From the NCBI GenBank assembly GCA_030615175.1, contig JAUWZX010000001.1:199840-263839 (forward strand): a stretch of DNA of 64,000 nt, read 5' to 3'. A program made the translations under genes and the position numbers. The notes beneath the pieces were generated by a model that worked only from the letters and a program-made list of their open reading frames with translations, was not told where the DNA came from and did not search any database. Positions 18,145-27,406 of this stretch are shown here, one piece after another (the first letter of the stretch is position 1; each line of letters starts with the position of its first letter). Origin of the DNA: Candidatus Parvarchaeota archaeon (GTDB lineage Archaea > Nanobdellota > Nanobdellia > WJKC01).

Positions 18145-20808
18145 TTATGCACTTAATTCCTGCGCACTCGCTGCTTCTAATTCATCATAATTAATCCTGT
18201 ATATCTTAATGTCTGTCGGGTCGTACTGGCTTATTATTGACTGCGCGCTTAAAGGTGTTGCATTATCATCATACACTGTTTCAAAGCCTGGAACTGTTAA
18301 GTTAAGAATGTATAGTTCAGTCATTAACCTGTCCCTTAAGTTGGATGGTATGTGAATGAGTCCCTGCTGAATGAAATTATAGCATGAACTAATGCCCTCC
18401 TCCTGCACTTGACTGCAGCCAACATTAGTTTCGCACACGCAGTTATAAACCATTATTGATTGGGTGTTAAGTTCTGTGTTGTAAAGAGCTGCAAGCACTG
18501 GCCCGAATTCCTGGCTGTCACTGAAAGGCACTAAAATATTAATCACGTAAGTGCTTGAATCAGCAAGAACTTTATTATCAGGAAGTATTATGTCCTGGCC
18601 AATCCTGCCTGGACCGCTTGCTGGCTGGAACACGAGCAGTGTTGAATAATTCTCAGGCATGAATATGTTATTCTTAATCTGGCTCTGGAACGTGTAGACC
18701 GCGTAGTATCCTGGTCTGCCGCCAATATTAGCCATTTGAACATACTTTAATACATCATCATCAACTATTAGGAAGTAGTCAGGCCTCTTCAAGCCTTCAG
18801 TAGTATTCTTTGAAAAGAAGTTAAGTGATTCAAGAATTTCTGTTGAATTATAACCACTGAATAAGTATCCGCCAATCACTTCATCCCATTGGACAATATA
18901 ATTCCCGCCGTCAACAGTTGTTGCCCGCTCACCCATTGCCTGCACCCAGTAACCATAATCCCACCAGTGCGTGAACACTGCATCAGTGCTTGTATTATCC
19001 TTAACCCAGTCCATGCTCTTAATCCAGTCGCCAGTAAAGCTTGGAAAGTAACTGTCAGCACCGTCAAGCGTTGTCATGAAAGCCCATGAACCCACCAGTA
19101 TTACTATTAAGTAAAGTGAGTACGCGTAAACCTTATCCTTTAAGAAGTGCCTGATTATTTCCTTGCCGCGGGTAATGCAGTAAGCTGACAGCACTAATGC
19201 TACAGGCGTTAGGGTGAAGATTATCCTTACAGCCCCTCTTGTTGCTATCACGCTTAGCGAGAACCAAGCAATTAATATCATGCTCACAGGGCTTATTGAA
19301 TTCCATGCTCTTGATTTATGATTTACCAAATAGTCAAGCACTAAGACAATAATGTATAATGGCAGGAAGTAAATGAACACTGACCCTAAGAGCAGGTTTG
19401 TTGCCGCGTACTTAGGGTCTGTTGAGTACTTGCTGAACATGAATATTAAAATGAAAGCTCCGAACGCGAGTAATTGAGGCATTGCTTTATAACGGAATTT
19501 TTCCAGTGATTTCTGGTAGTATAATAAGCTTCCAATAATGAATAATGGTATGAACCAGGACAGTCTTTCCCACCAGCTAACGCCTCTTTGAGGGTCAAAG
19601 AAGTAAGGTGCTTGATTCTCACTGACTGATATGCAGAACGGGCACGTGCCGAACGGGTGGAAAATAGTTTCAACCGCGCTGTTAACCTGGTTCGTAATGC
19701 TGAACACTCCTGTTACTTCTCCAGTAATCATTAACGGGATGGCAATGATTGCCAGAAACACTGTGAAGTGAACTGCTTCAGGCCAGGCCTTAGGCTTTCT
19801 TGACTTAATGAATGAATCATAAATCACTCTTAAGACTATGATGATTATTGCTATGAAAGTGCTTACAAATATTTGATGCCCGTATAACTTAAATCCGCCG
19901 TAACGCATGGTTAATGCAGCGTTCATTAAGAGGGTTGGTATTGCCCATGAAAAGAAAGTTATAGTGTAATTCTTACTTAACTTATTAATTAATGTTAATG
20001 CAATGAATGCTAATGCAATGCTATGGAACAAGAAGTTTGCTCCGCCCCAAGTTAAAGCGTTTAACCCTCCCAGGAGGCCTGATAAGAGCCCCCACTTTAA
20101 CACATCCTTATTATTCTTAGCTTTTAATGACTTTATTAAAGCCCAAGTCATTGAGAACCAGAATACCATTGCAAGCGCCTCCTTGTCAGCGAAGCCAGCG
20201 ATTGTCCTGAATAAGTAGCTTGGCGCGAAACTTAGCAGTAATACAGCGATTAAGGCTGTCTGCTTGTCAGTGAATTCCTTAACCATTAAGAAGTAAAATA
20301 TTATTCCTATTGCAAAAGCAATCACAGGGTATATTATTGAAACACTTACTACTTCTAAACCAGGCATGAACGGGCTTAGCAGGTAATAAAGGCCTGCAAT
20401 GAAGTAAGTGTTCATTTGCTGCTCTTGGAAAGTGTTAAACCCTTCAGGGAAGTACCTTAACTCATCTCTTTCAGGCAGGTATCCTTTTTCAATTAATTCC
20501 TCAGCATACCTGTTGAACACGAACGGGTCAAGACCTAATAATATGTTATTATAATGCGGGATGCTTAAAGTCCTAATCCATGAAGCAACAAGTATTATTG
20601 AAACAAGCGCTATGTAAAACATTATTTTCTTATTCTCTTTAAGGAATTTAACTGCTGCTTGGAAGTCAATTTCCTCACCCCTTTCTTCCTCGTCTGCTTT
20701 CTTCTTCTCTTTCTTTTTCCCAGGCTTCTTGCTCTTCAAGCCTAGCGCTTTCTTCATTCCTTTAAAGACTTCTTTTAAGTCAATTTCTTCAAATTCATCT
20801 TCACTCAT
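18145..20808 (-). CDS. aglB: Oligosaccharyltransferase AglB (STT3 homologue)
   Basis: Diagnostic FTHWWDYGYWVQAMGERATTVDGG (WWDYG motif). 13-TM N-terminal domain plus large C-terminal domain; 887 aa. Confidence 0.9.
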   Translation of the reverse strand: MSEDEFEEIDLKEVFKGMKKALGLKSKKPGKKKEKKKADEEERGEEIDFQAAVKFLKENKKIMFYIALVSIILVASWIRTLSIPHYNNILLGLDPFVFNRYAEELIEKGYLPERDELRYFPEGFNTFQEQQMNTYFIAGLYYLLSPFMPGLEVVSVSIIYPVIAFAIGIIFYFLMVKEFTDKQTALIAVLLLSFAPSYLFRTIAGFADKEALAMVFWFSMTWALIKSLKAKNNKDVLKWGLLSGLLGGLNALTWGGANFLFHSIALAFIALTLINKLSKNYTITFFSWAIPTLLMNAALTMRYGGFKLYGHQIFVSTFIAIIIIVLRVIYDSFIKSRKPKAWPEAVHFTVFLAIIAIPLMITGEVTGVFSITNQVNSAVETIFHPFGTCPFCISVSENQAPYFFDPQRGVSWWERLSWFIPLFIIGSLLYYQKSLEKFRYKAMPQLLAFGAFILIFMFSKYSTDPKYAATNLLLGSVFIYFLPLYIIVLVLDYLVNHKSRAWNSISPVSMILIAWFSLSVIATRGAVRIIFTLTPVALVLSAYCITRGKEIIRHFLKDKVYAYSLYLIVILVGSWAFMTTLDGADSYFPSFTGDWIKSMDWVKDNTSTDAVFTHWWDYGYWVQAMGERATTVDGGNYIVQWDEVIGGYLFSGYNSTEILESLNFFSKNTTEGLKRPDYFLIVDDDVLKYVQMANIGGRPGYYAVYTFQSQIKNNIFMPENYSTLLVFQPASGPGRIGQDIILPDNKVLADSSTYVINILVPFSDSQEFGPVLAALYNTELNTQSIMVYNCVCETNVGCSQVQEEGISSCYNFIQQGLIHIPSNLRDRLMTELYILNLTVPGFETVYDDNATPLSAQSIISQYDPTDIKIYRINYDELEAASAQELSA

Positions 20809-20815
20809 TAGTTAA

Positions 20816-21634
20816 TCACATTTGAAGTGATACGTATACTTCAATTATTGATGCTATTATTATTAGCACACTTGCTAATAATATTAAATCTAAAGAATCA
20901 AGCAGGACTTCTTTAAATTTTTTGCTTTTAGTGCGGTGCCTTATTATTCCAGCGCTTATTATCCCGCCAGCAATGCCTGCAAGGAAGTAGGCAATTATTT
21001 CAGGAATCCCGTGAAGCATGTATCGCCCGAACCCTAATGGCACTGCACTGAAGTATGACCAGATATCTGATAAGTTAATCTTTATAGCATTACCTATTGC
21101 TGTTCCAAGAACGCTTGCATTCCATGTTAGTATGAATATTGCTCCAGCCCCGTAAATTAAACTGAATAACAGGCAGAAGAATAATACTTTGAAATTATTC
21201 AGTATTATGACTCTTAGTAAGTCAGGGCTTGTAATTCTTCCTGAAACGTTTATATTAATTGCCTTTATTGTCTGCATTTGCTGGTTAAACACGCGGCTTG
21301 TTAGTTCTTCTGGAAGGATTATGTACCATGTTGTATAAGCTAAAAGCATTCCTGCGAATAGGAAGAAGAATATGCCTAGGATGTCCTTATGCTCTCCGAC
21401 AAGCCATGTTTTCTTTTTAATCTTTAATTCTTCTGCTTCCTCTTTTTTTAATGAATTAACCAGTAATGGTATTCCAGCCATTGTCGTGAGGAATACTAGT
21501 GTTAGACTAGGGTCGTCAGGGAATATCCATACCCCGAGTATTAAGCCGACTGTTGCGTAAATGAATCCTAGTACTATCATGAAGTGAGGTTTCCTGCCTG
21601 CTTCAAGAGGATTAGTTAGTGATTCTAATACCAT
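20816..21634 (-). CDS. Polytopic membrane protein, DUF95 / SpoIIM-like
   Basis: 6 TM with an HGIPEIIAYFLAG motif resembling the SpoIIM/DUF95 family. Confidence 0.4.
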   Translation of the reverse strand: MVLESLTNPLEAGRKPHFMIVLGFIYATVGLILGVWIFPDDPSLTLVFLTTMAGIPLLVNSLKKEEAEELKIKKKTWLVGEHKDILGIFFFLFAGMLLAYTTWYIILPEELTSRVFNQQMQTIKAININVSGRITSPDLLRVIILNNFKVLFFCLLFSLIYGAGAIFILTWNASVLGTAIGNAIKINLSDIWSYFSAVPLGFGRYMLHGIPEIIAYFLAGIAGGIISAGIIRHRTKSKKFKEVLLDSLDLILLASVLIIIASIIEVYVSLQM

Positions 21635-21646
21635 TTAATGATTCTT

Positions 21647-21670
21647 AATGATTTAATTATTTAAATCATT
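21647..21670. promoter_or_regulatory. Perfect 10-bp inverted repeat (AATGATTTAA-TTAT-TTAAATCATT) at the orc1 3' end / promoter region of the downstream membrane protein gene; adjacent 9-nt direct repeat TTAATGATT x2 (21635-21653)
   Basis: Direct reading of sequence; the 3' arm overlaps the orc1 stop codon. Confidence 0.4.
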
Positions 21671-22709
21671 TTTTAATCCATAGTCTCCTGCTCTTACCGT
21701 GAAATCCTTCTCCTGTTCCTTCAATTGTTATTAAACCCATTCTTTCAATGATTTTAATGTATCTTCTGAAGCTCCTTAAGGTTAATTCACCTTCATTGTT
21801 TAAGTAATCCGCGTAGACCCGGCCTGATATTTCACCTTCATTATCCTTGATTGCTTTAAGCACTCTTTTCTCTTCATTACTTAAACCTGTCGGAGCATCA
21901 TCCTTTAAATTAATTATTGCATTCTCAACATACTTTTTTAGTATTTTCCTGCTCGCATCACGTTCTGCAAGCCTTGCAGATTCAATTATTAATGCCATTC
22001 CCTTCCTAACGTCTCCTTTTGACTTGCCTGCAATAAGGTTTATTAATTCCTTATTAATTACTCCCTGCCTTAAGGCCATGCCAGCCCGCCTGCTCAGTAT
22101 TTCATTCATTTGCTCTTCATTATAGTCTTTGAATTCTAAGTTCTTTAAATTAAGCCTTGACAATAATCTCGGCTCAATGTATGCTTTCCATTCATTATTA
22201 TTGCTTATTAGTATGAAATTAGTGTTGTCTAATTCCTTTAGTAATTGGTATATTATGCTTAATTCATTAACCCGGTCTGCCTCGTCAAAGCAGATGATTA
22301 ATCCTTTTTTCTCTTTAAGTTTCTTTATTGCATTCTTGATTATTAAGTCTGCTGGAACTCCTTTTGGAGGGAATATTAATCCACTCTTGCGTGCAAGTTC
22401 CAGCGCTATTGCATGAGTTGATTGATTACTCCAGCAGTTAATGTGTATTGGCGTGACTTCACTGCTAGTCTGCTTTAATTCGTTGAAAACGAATTTAATG
22501 CTTGCAGTCTTGCCAATGCCTGGCCTGCCGTAAATAAATAAATTGCTTCCTCTTCGTTCACTGAATAATGGCTTTATTGACTCAGCGATTTCCTTTATTT
22601 CATTGTTCCTTTCAGGCATTTTCTCTGGCACGTATTTATAATCAAACAGTGATTCGTCAATGAATAATGTTTCATCATGCATTAAGACATCTGAGAATAA
22701 TCCCTCCAT
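21666..22709 (-). CDS. orc1: Orc1/Cdc6 replication initiator
   Basis: Walker A YGRPGIGKTAS, Walker B LIICFDEADR, sensor regions, C-terminal winged helix. Confidence 0.9.
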   Translation of the reverse strand: MEGLFSDVLMHDETLFIDESLFDYKYVPEKMPERNNEIKEIAESIKPLFSERRGSNLFIYGRPGIGKTASIKFVFNELKQTSSEVTPIHINCWSNQSTHAIALELARKSGLIFPPKGVPADLIIKNAIKKLKEKKGLIICFDEADRVNELSIIYQLLKELDNTNFILISNNNEWKAYIEPRLLSRLNLKNLEFKDYNEEQMNEILSRRAGMALRQGVINKELINLIAGKSKGDVRKGMALIIESARLAERDASRKILKKYVENAIINLKDDAPTGLSNEEKRVLKAIKDNEGEISGRVYADYLNNEGELTLRSFRRYIKIIERMGLITIEGTGEGFHGKSRRLWIKK

Positions 22710-22760
22710 GATGTTACAGGACGCGTTAAGTGTTATTAATGTTTCCGGTAAAATAATTTA

Positions 22761-23153
22761 GTGTCATTATTGGATAGCGTAAAGTATTTAAATAGTGATT
22801 CAAACTTTAAGAGGATGAGTGACGAGTTAGCCGAGTTTTTTGAAGAACGCAAAAAGAAAGAGTATGAGAAGCCTGGTTTAATTATTGAATTTATTGAGAC
22901 TTACATGAGTGCTGTTATTAAGCACATGGATGATTATATTAATAGTGTTGATGCCAAGCTTCAAGAATTTAATAATAAGCTTACTAATCTTGAGTATAAG
23001 ATTAATTTAATTGATGATGGTGTAAAAACTTCTTCGCCTCCTCCGCCTCCACAACCCGCTTCTCTTAATCAGCAGCCAGTGAATCGTGTGAGTTTAAGAA
23101 GTGCTATTTTAGGCGAACTTAAGGAAGTCTTCAAAAAAAAGAATAACATTTAA
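22761..23153 (+). CDS. Hypothetical coiled-coil protein with SSPPPPPQPASLNQQP low-complexity tract
   Basis: 130-aa ORF divergent from orc1; no recognisable domain. Confidence 0.4.
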   Translation: MSLLDSVKYLNSDSNFKRMSDELAEFFEERKKKEYEKPGLIIEFIETYMSAVIKHMDDYINSVDAKLQEFNNKLTNLEYKINLIDDGVKTSSPPPPPQPASLNQQPVNRVSLRSAILGELKEVFKKKNNI

Positions 23154-23180
23154 ATTTTACTTGCTTTCTTAATTCTTAGC

Positions 23181-24200
23181 ATGGGCGTTAATCTGAGAAG
23201 CCTGGTGAACCCTGTTGAGATTAACTTAAAGGAGTTAAGTGGCAGGGAGTTAGGAGTTGATGCTTTTAACTGGATTTACCAGTTCATTTCAACTATCAGA
23301 CAGCCTGACGGGTCTCCGTTAAGTGATAATAAGGGCTGTATTACTAGTCATTTTATAGGGCTTTTCTACCGCATGTCAAGGCTGCTTGAATTAGAGATTA
23401 AGCCTTGCTTTATTTTTGACGGCGCGCCTCCTGACTTCAAGGCAGTGACTGCTCAGCGCGTTAAGCGCAAGCAGGAGGCAGAGGTTAAGTACAGGGAGGC
23501 ATTGAAGAGGGCTGACTTTGAGCGCGCCCGCTCGCTTGCAAGCCAGACTGCTCACTTAACTAGTGAAATGATTGAGGAGAGCAAGGAATTCCTGCAAGCC
23601 CTTGGACTGCCTATCATTCAAGCGCCTTCTGAAGGCGAGGCGCAGGCTGCTTTCATGACTGGTAAAGGTGATTTTTATGCTGCGGCGAGCCAGGACTTTG
23701 ATACCTTATTATTCGGTGCTCCAAGGCTTGTGCGCAACGTTAACTTCACTGGCAGGAAGAAACTGCCTGGCAGGAATGCATGGGTTGCTGTTAATCCTGA
23801 AATAATTGAATTAAAAAACGTGCTAAGCACTTTAAGGATGACTCATGAGCAATTAATCATTCTTGCAGTCTTAGTAGGCACTGATTATAATCCAGGAGGC
23901 GTTAAGGGTGTTGGACCTAAGACTGCCTTAAAACTTGTCAGGGAGCATAAGGATATTTCAGTCTTTAAACATGTTGACTGGGCTTTTGATATTAAACCTG
24001 AGCGAATAATTAATTTTTTTAAAAATCCTCCAGTATTGAATGATTACGAGCTCTCCTGGAAACCTGTTAATGAGGATTTAGTTCGCGAGATACTAGTTAA
24101 ACGCCATGACTTCTCTGAGGACCGCGTTAATAATACTTTGAAGAAATTAGCAAAAGCTAAGGAAGGGCAGAGCCAGCAGGGCTTAGGAAAGTGGTTTTAG
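23181..24200 (+). CDS. fen: Flap endonuclease FEN-1
   Basis: MGVNL...[18 protein letters not shown]-domain, I-domain [20 protein letters not shown] (H3TH). C-terminal PIP-like [10 protein letters not shown]. Confidence 0.9.
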   Translation: MGVNLRSLVNPVEINLKELSGRELGVDAFNWIYQFISTIRQPDGSPLSDNKGCITSHFIGLFYRMSRLLELEIKPCFIFDGAPPDFKAVTAQRVKRKQEAEVKYREALKRADFERARSLASQTAHLTSEMIEESKEFLQALGLPIIQAPSEGEAQAAFMTGKGDFYAAASQDFDTLLFGAPRLVRNVNFTGRKKLPGRNAWVAVNPEIIELKNVLSTLRMTHEQLIILAVLVGTDYNPGGVKGVGPKTALKLVREHKDISVFKHVDWAFDIKPERIINFFKNPPVLNDYELSWKPVNEDLVREILVKRHDFSEDRVNNTLKKLAKAKEGQSQQGLGKWF

Positions 24201-24469
24201 TGAGGAGGATTCATGCAATTGTTTTAGGAGTTGTGCAGGGAGTATTCTTTCGCAGGAATACTAAGATTCAGGCAGGCAACTTAGGACTTACTGGATGGGT
24301 TCGTAATTTGCCTGACGGGACTGTTGAAGTAGTTGCTGAAGGCAGTGAAGAATCTTTAAAGAAATTATTAGAATGGCTTCATAAGGGTCCTTTGGATGCT
24401 GTAGTTAAGGGAGTTAAGTATGAATGGCTTAAGGCTACAGGGGAGTTTGAAGGATTTGAAAGAGTCTAG
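24191..24469 (+). CDS. acyP: Acylphosphatase
   Basis: [33 protein letters not shown] signature (V.G.VQGV.FR, GWV.N..DG.V). Confidence 0.8.
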   Translation: MVLVRRIHAIVLGVVQGVFFRRNTKIQAGNLGLTGWVRNLPDGTVEVVAEGSEESLKKLLEWLHKGPLDAVVKGVKYEWLKATGEFEGFERV

Positions 24470-24479
24470 GATTAAGTGA

Positions 24480-25157
24480 TTATCTTCTGCGTTTGAAGAA
24501 GTTCTTTGCAGGTCCTTCCTTTATTGCCCAGCCAAAACCAATGCCTATTGCTATTGCAAAACCTAAACTAATCCCGAGGACTATGTACCTGAATGAGTCC
24601 TCAATTAATTGAGTGTTCTCTAACCCGAATTTAGGCAGGGCCATTACGATGCCGAAGAATAGTGTTACTCCATAAACAACCCCGCTGACTGTTTCCTTGA
24701 AAGGGAATTTTGACTTCATAATCTTGTTCTTGAAGAAGTTGCTTATTATTATTGTAGCAATAATTATTGCAGATCCGAGGATTATTGACGGGATTGCTGT
24801 TAGTAAACCGCCAAGTAATTCTGCAATGAATGGGAGCGCTGCCTTGCTTGCAGCTTCTTTTAAGAAGACTATTAGTATGTAATATTTTATTATAATGCTT
24901 GCAGACTTATTAACTGATACGCCAAATAATGATTCATCGAGTTTTAATTTCTTAGTCCATTTATCAACTTGCATTGTAATCATTAATTTGTAAACAATTT
25001 TTTCACCAAGTTTCGCAATTAACCAGCCTAGGAGGATTATCATTAATGCAGTGACAACTCTTGGTATGCTCGTTAATATTGTATTAATCAATTCATTAAT
25101 GAATTGCGCCGGCAAGTCAAAGAAATTATAAGCAGTAGTTGCATTGCCGTTAACCAT
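24480..25157 (-). CDS. Hypothetical membrane protein (4-5 TM)
   Basis: Hydrophobic helices; basic C-terminus KNFFKRRR. Confidence 0.45.
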   Translation of the reverse strand: MVNGNATTAYNFFDLPAQFINELINTILTSIPRVVTALMIILLGWLIAKLGEKIVYKLMITMQVDKWTKKLKLDESLFGVSVNKSASIIIKYYILIVFLKEAASKAALPFIAELLGGLLTAIPSIILGSAIIIATIIISNFFKNKIMKSKFPFKETVSGVVYGVTLFFGIVMALPKFGLENTQLIEDSFRYIVLGISLGFAIAIGIGFGWAIKEGPAKNFFKRRR

Positions 25158-25243
25158 TAATTAATAATAGTTAAATCATGATTTAATAATGTTTTGGGAG
25201 GCGTAGTAATCCTTAAAAGCCCGTCTTTTCATTATTCTCTTTT

Positions 25244-25432
25244 ATGAAAGTAAAGACTTTGAATAAAGAGTTTGAATTAAAATTTAATGGTTCAGTCCTA
25301 GCCCTGCTTGGAGAACTTGGATTAAACCCTGTTGAATTTTTGGTTGTTGTTAATAATGAATTGGTTCATGAGTTAAGAGTATTAAATGGTGATGAACTTG
25401 TGGAAGTCATCCCTGTAGTTTCAGGAGGGTAA
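25244..25432 (+). CDS. ThiS/MoaD/SAMP-type ubiquitin-like sulfur carrier with C-terminal Gly-Gly
   Basis: 62 aa ending ...VIPVVSGG; beta-grasp-like pattern. Sits immediately upstream of the PP-loop thiolase. Confidence 0.7.
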   Translation: MKVKTLNKEFELKFNGSVLALLGELGLNPVEFLVVVNNELVHELRVLNGDELVEVIPVVSGG

Positions 25433-25436
25433 AGAA

Positions 25437-26258
25437 ATGAAGTGCAAGAATTGTTCAAGACAGGTATTAATTAATGATTACTGTAAGGACTGCTTTATTA
25501 AGTATTTTGAAAAAGAATTTAGAAAAGGATTAGGCAACTTGAAGGGCAAGTCCTTATGCATTGCTGTTTCAGGCGGCAAGGATTCATTAACAACTCTTTA
25601 CCTGACTAAGAAGTTCTACCCTGAGAATAAAATTCTTGCTTTACTAATTGATGAAGGAATTCATGGTTATAGGCATGGGACTATTAAGTCATTAAGAAAG
25701 TATGCTGTTGAGTGGGGTATTCCTTATAAGATTCTTAAATTCAAGAAGCCTCTTGACAGTATGAATCCTAAACGTCCTTGCAGTGTTTGCGGCGTGCTCA
25801 GGCGTTATTACCTGAATAAGCATGCCCGCGTCTTCAACGTTTTAATTCTCGGGCATAACCTTGATGATGAAGCCCAGTCAACACTCATGAATGTATTCAT
25901 GCGTTACGCTTCACGCTTTAACAGAATGACTGTTAAGCAAGTCACTCATGAATTATTCGTTAAACGAGTGAAACCAATGCGTTATTTAAGCGAGCGGGAG
26001 GTAATGGCTTACTTCCTGCTGAAAGGATTTAATACTTCAATGAGGGAGTGTCCTTATGCTCGTAGCAGTTTCAGGGATGTTGTTAGGAAATCCTTGAATG
26101 ATTTTGAATACAAGCATTCAGGCACTAAGTTAAGCATTATTAAAACATATGATTCTTTAGGGATTATTAATAACCCTGTTAATCTCGGCTCCTGCAATGC
26201 TTGCGGAGAGCCTTCAAGTAATGAGGTGTGCAAGGCATGTATGATATTAAAGGGTTAG
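25437..26258 (+). CDS. tRNA 2-thiolation PP-loop ATPase (TtuA/NcsA/Ncs6 family)
   Basis: SGGKDS PP-loop (CIAVSGGKDSL). N-terminal CxxC..CxxC and C-terminal CNACG..CKAC zinc fingers. Internal CSVCG...C cysteines as in the Fe-S ligands of TtuA. Confidence 0.75.
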   Translation: MKCKNCSRQVLINDYCKDCFIKYFEKEFRKGLGNLKGKSLCIAVSGGKDSLTTLYLTKKFYPENKILALLIDEGIHGYRHGTIKSLRKYAVEWGIPYKILKFKKPLDSMNPKRPCSVCGVLRRYYLNKHARVFNVLILGHNLDDEAQSTLMNVFMRYASRFNRMTVKQVTHELFVKRVKPMRYLSEREVMAYFLLKGFNTSMRECPYARSSFRDVVRKSLNDFEYKHSGTKLSIIKTYDSLGIINNPVNLGSCNACGEPSSNEVCKACMILKG

Positions 26259-26509
26259 TTCTTAAAGAGGAGAAGCGTGCTGATGAGGCTTTCGCGGCAT
26301 TAACTGTTAATGATGACCCTAAGGCCAGAGACCTTTACGAGCTTGCTTTTTCTTATTATGAGGATGCAAAGCATTTCCAGCGCAATGACCGGTTATTGGA
26401 GGCTTTTGAGTTGTACTCTTATCTTTGGGGCTTGCTTGATGCTGGAGCACGCCTCGGATTATTTAATCCAGGTATTGCTCGAAAGCATTTTAAGGTTGAC
26501 CAGCATTAA
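26228..26509 (+). CDS. DUF357-like small archaeal protein
   Basis: YYEDAKHFQRNDRLLEAFELYSYLWGLLDAGARLGL resembles the DUF357 core (Y..DA..F...GD...A.....YA.GWLDAG). Confidence 0.4.
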   Translation: MQGMYDIKGLVLKEEKRADEAFAALTVNDDPKARDLYELAFSYYEDAKHFQRNDRLLEAFELYSYLWGLLDAGARLGLFNPGIARKHFKVDQH

Positions 26510-26517
26510 AATATTCT

Positions 26518-26916
26518 GTGAAGTACAGGTCTGAAAGTCAGAAGCAGGTGTCATTATTCATTCTTGAAAACTCTGTTCAGGCAAGGAATAAGATTGATAC
26601 AATATTAACTGAAACTGATGCTTACACTACTTTTGTTGAAGGAGTTAAGTATTCTACATTAATAATTGATGAATCCTTCACTGAGTTAGTTGAGTCAAGG
26701 CTTAAAGGGCTGATTAAGCAGCGAATCACTGGCTTAACTGCTTTCTTCCTTTCATTTCCCAAGGAGGCTTTAACAATGCCAGGCATCCTATCATTCATGC
26801 TTAACAGGTTCAAGCAGTTAAAAATTAATGTTGTGCAGTTAATCACTTCATACACTAACCTCATCATTATTGTAAGCAGTAAGGATGGTGTTAGGGCTAA
26901 GAGGTTATTAGGGTAA
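26518..26916 (+). CDS. Hypothetical protein, possibly ACT-like small-molecule binding domain
   Basis: Beta-alpha-beta-beta-alpha-beta-like hydrophobic periodicity in the C-terminal half (GILSFMLNRFKQLKINVVQLI...NLIIIVSSKD). Weak. Confidence 0.3.
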   Translation: MKYRSESQKQVSLFILENSVQARNKIDTILTETDAYTTFVEGVKYSTLIIDESFTELVESRLKGLIKQRITGLTAFFLSFPKEALTMPGILSFMLNRFKQLKINVVQLITSYTNLIIIVSSKDGVRAKRLLG

Positions 26917-26951
26917 TCTTTAAAAAGCATTGCCAGTTACGTTCTCATTTA

Positions 26952-27113
26952 ATGACTAATTTATGTATTTCATGCAGCAGGGAGGTTAGCACCATTGCTA
27001 ATTCAGTTATCTTTAAGTGCCCTAAGTGCGGGGAGAGAATTGTTAGGTGCGGTGCCTGCCGTAAGTTAAGTATTAATTATAAATGCCTTAAGTGCGGTTT
27101 TGGTGGGTTATAA
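26952..27113 (+). CDS. Small Zn-ribbon protein (COG2888-like translation-associated Zn-ribbon protein typically adjacent to aEF-1beta); 53 aa, below the ORF-track cutoff
   Basis: Hand translation: MTNLCISCSREVSTIANSVIFKCPKCGERIVRCGACRKLSINYKCLKCGFGGL; four CxxC pairs. Stop TAA abuts the ATG of the EF-1beta gene. Confidence 0.5.
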   Translation: MTNLCISCSREVSTIANSVIFKCPKCGERIVRCGACRKLSINYKCLKCGFGGL

Positions 27114-27383
27114 ATGGGCAAGGTAGTCGTTACCCTGAGAGTAATGCCTAAGAGTGTTAAAGTAGATCTTGACAAGGTTAAAGAAGAGTTAAGGAAGGTG
27201 CTTGAAGGCACTGCAATTGGGGCAATGGGTTTTAAGAAAGTCCCTATTGCTTTCGGCTTGACAAGTCTTGAAGTTACTTTCATTATGCCTGAGCAGGAAG
27301 GAGGCACTGAACCAGTTGAGAAGGCAATAGCAGGACTTGATGATGTGTTAAGTGTTGTTCCTGTTGGCTTAACTCTTGTGTAA
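27114..27383 (+). CDS. ef1b: Elongation factor aEF-1 beta
   Basis: 89 aa MGKVVVTLRVMPKS...AFGL..LEV.F...EGGTE...I.GLDDVLSV; guanine-nucleotide-exchange-domain pattern. Confidence 0.85.
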   Translation: MGKVVVTLRVMPKSVKVDLDKVKEELRKVLEGTAIGAMGFKKVPIAFGLTSLEVTFIMPEQEGGTEPVEKAIAGLDDVLSVVPVGLTLV

Positions 27384-27406
27384 AACTTTTTTCTAAAAAG
27401 TTTTGT

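Noticed and set aside
22710-22760. Possible ORB/mini-ORB origin element upstream of orc1 (TGTTTCCGGTAAAA)
   Set aside because: Only a weak partial resemblance to the TCCAnTGGAAA dyad. No repeated copies or flanking AT-rich DUE visible. Not enough to call an origin.
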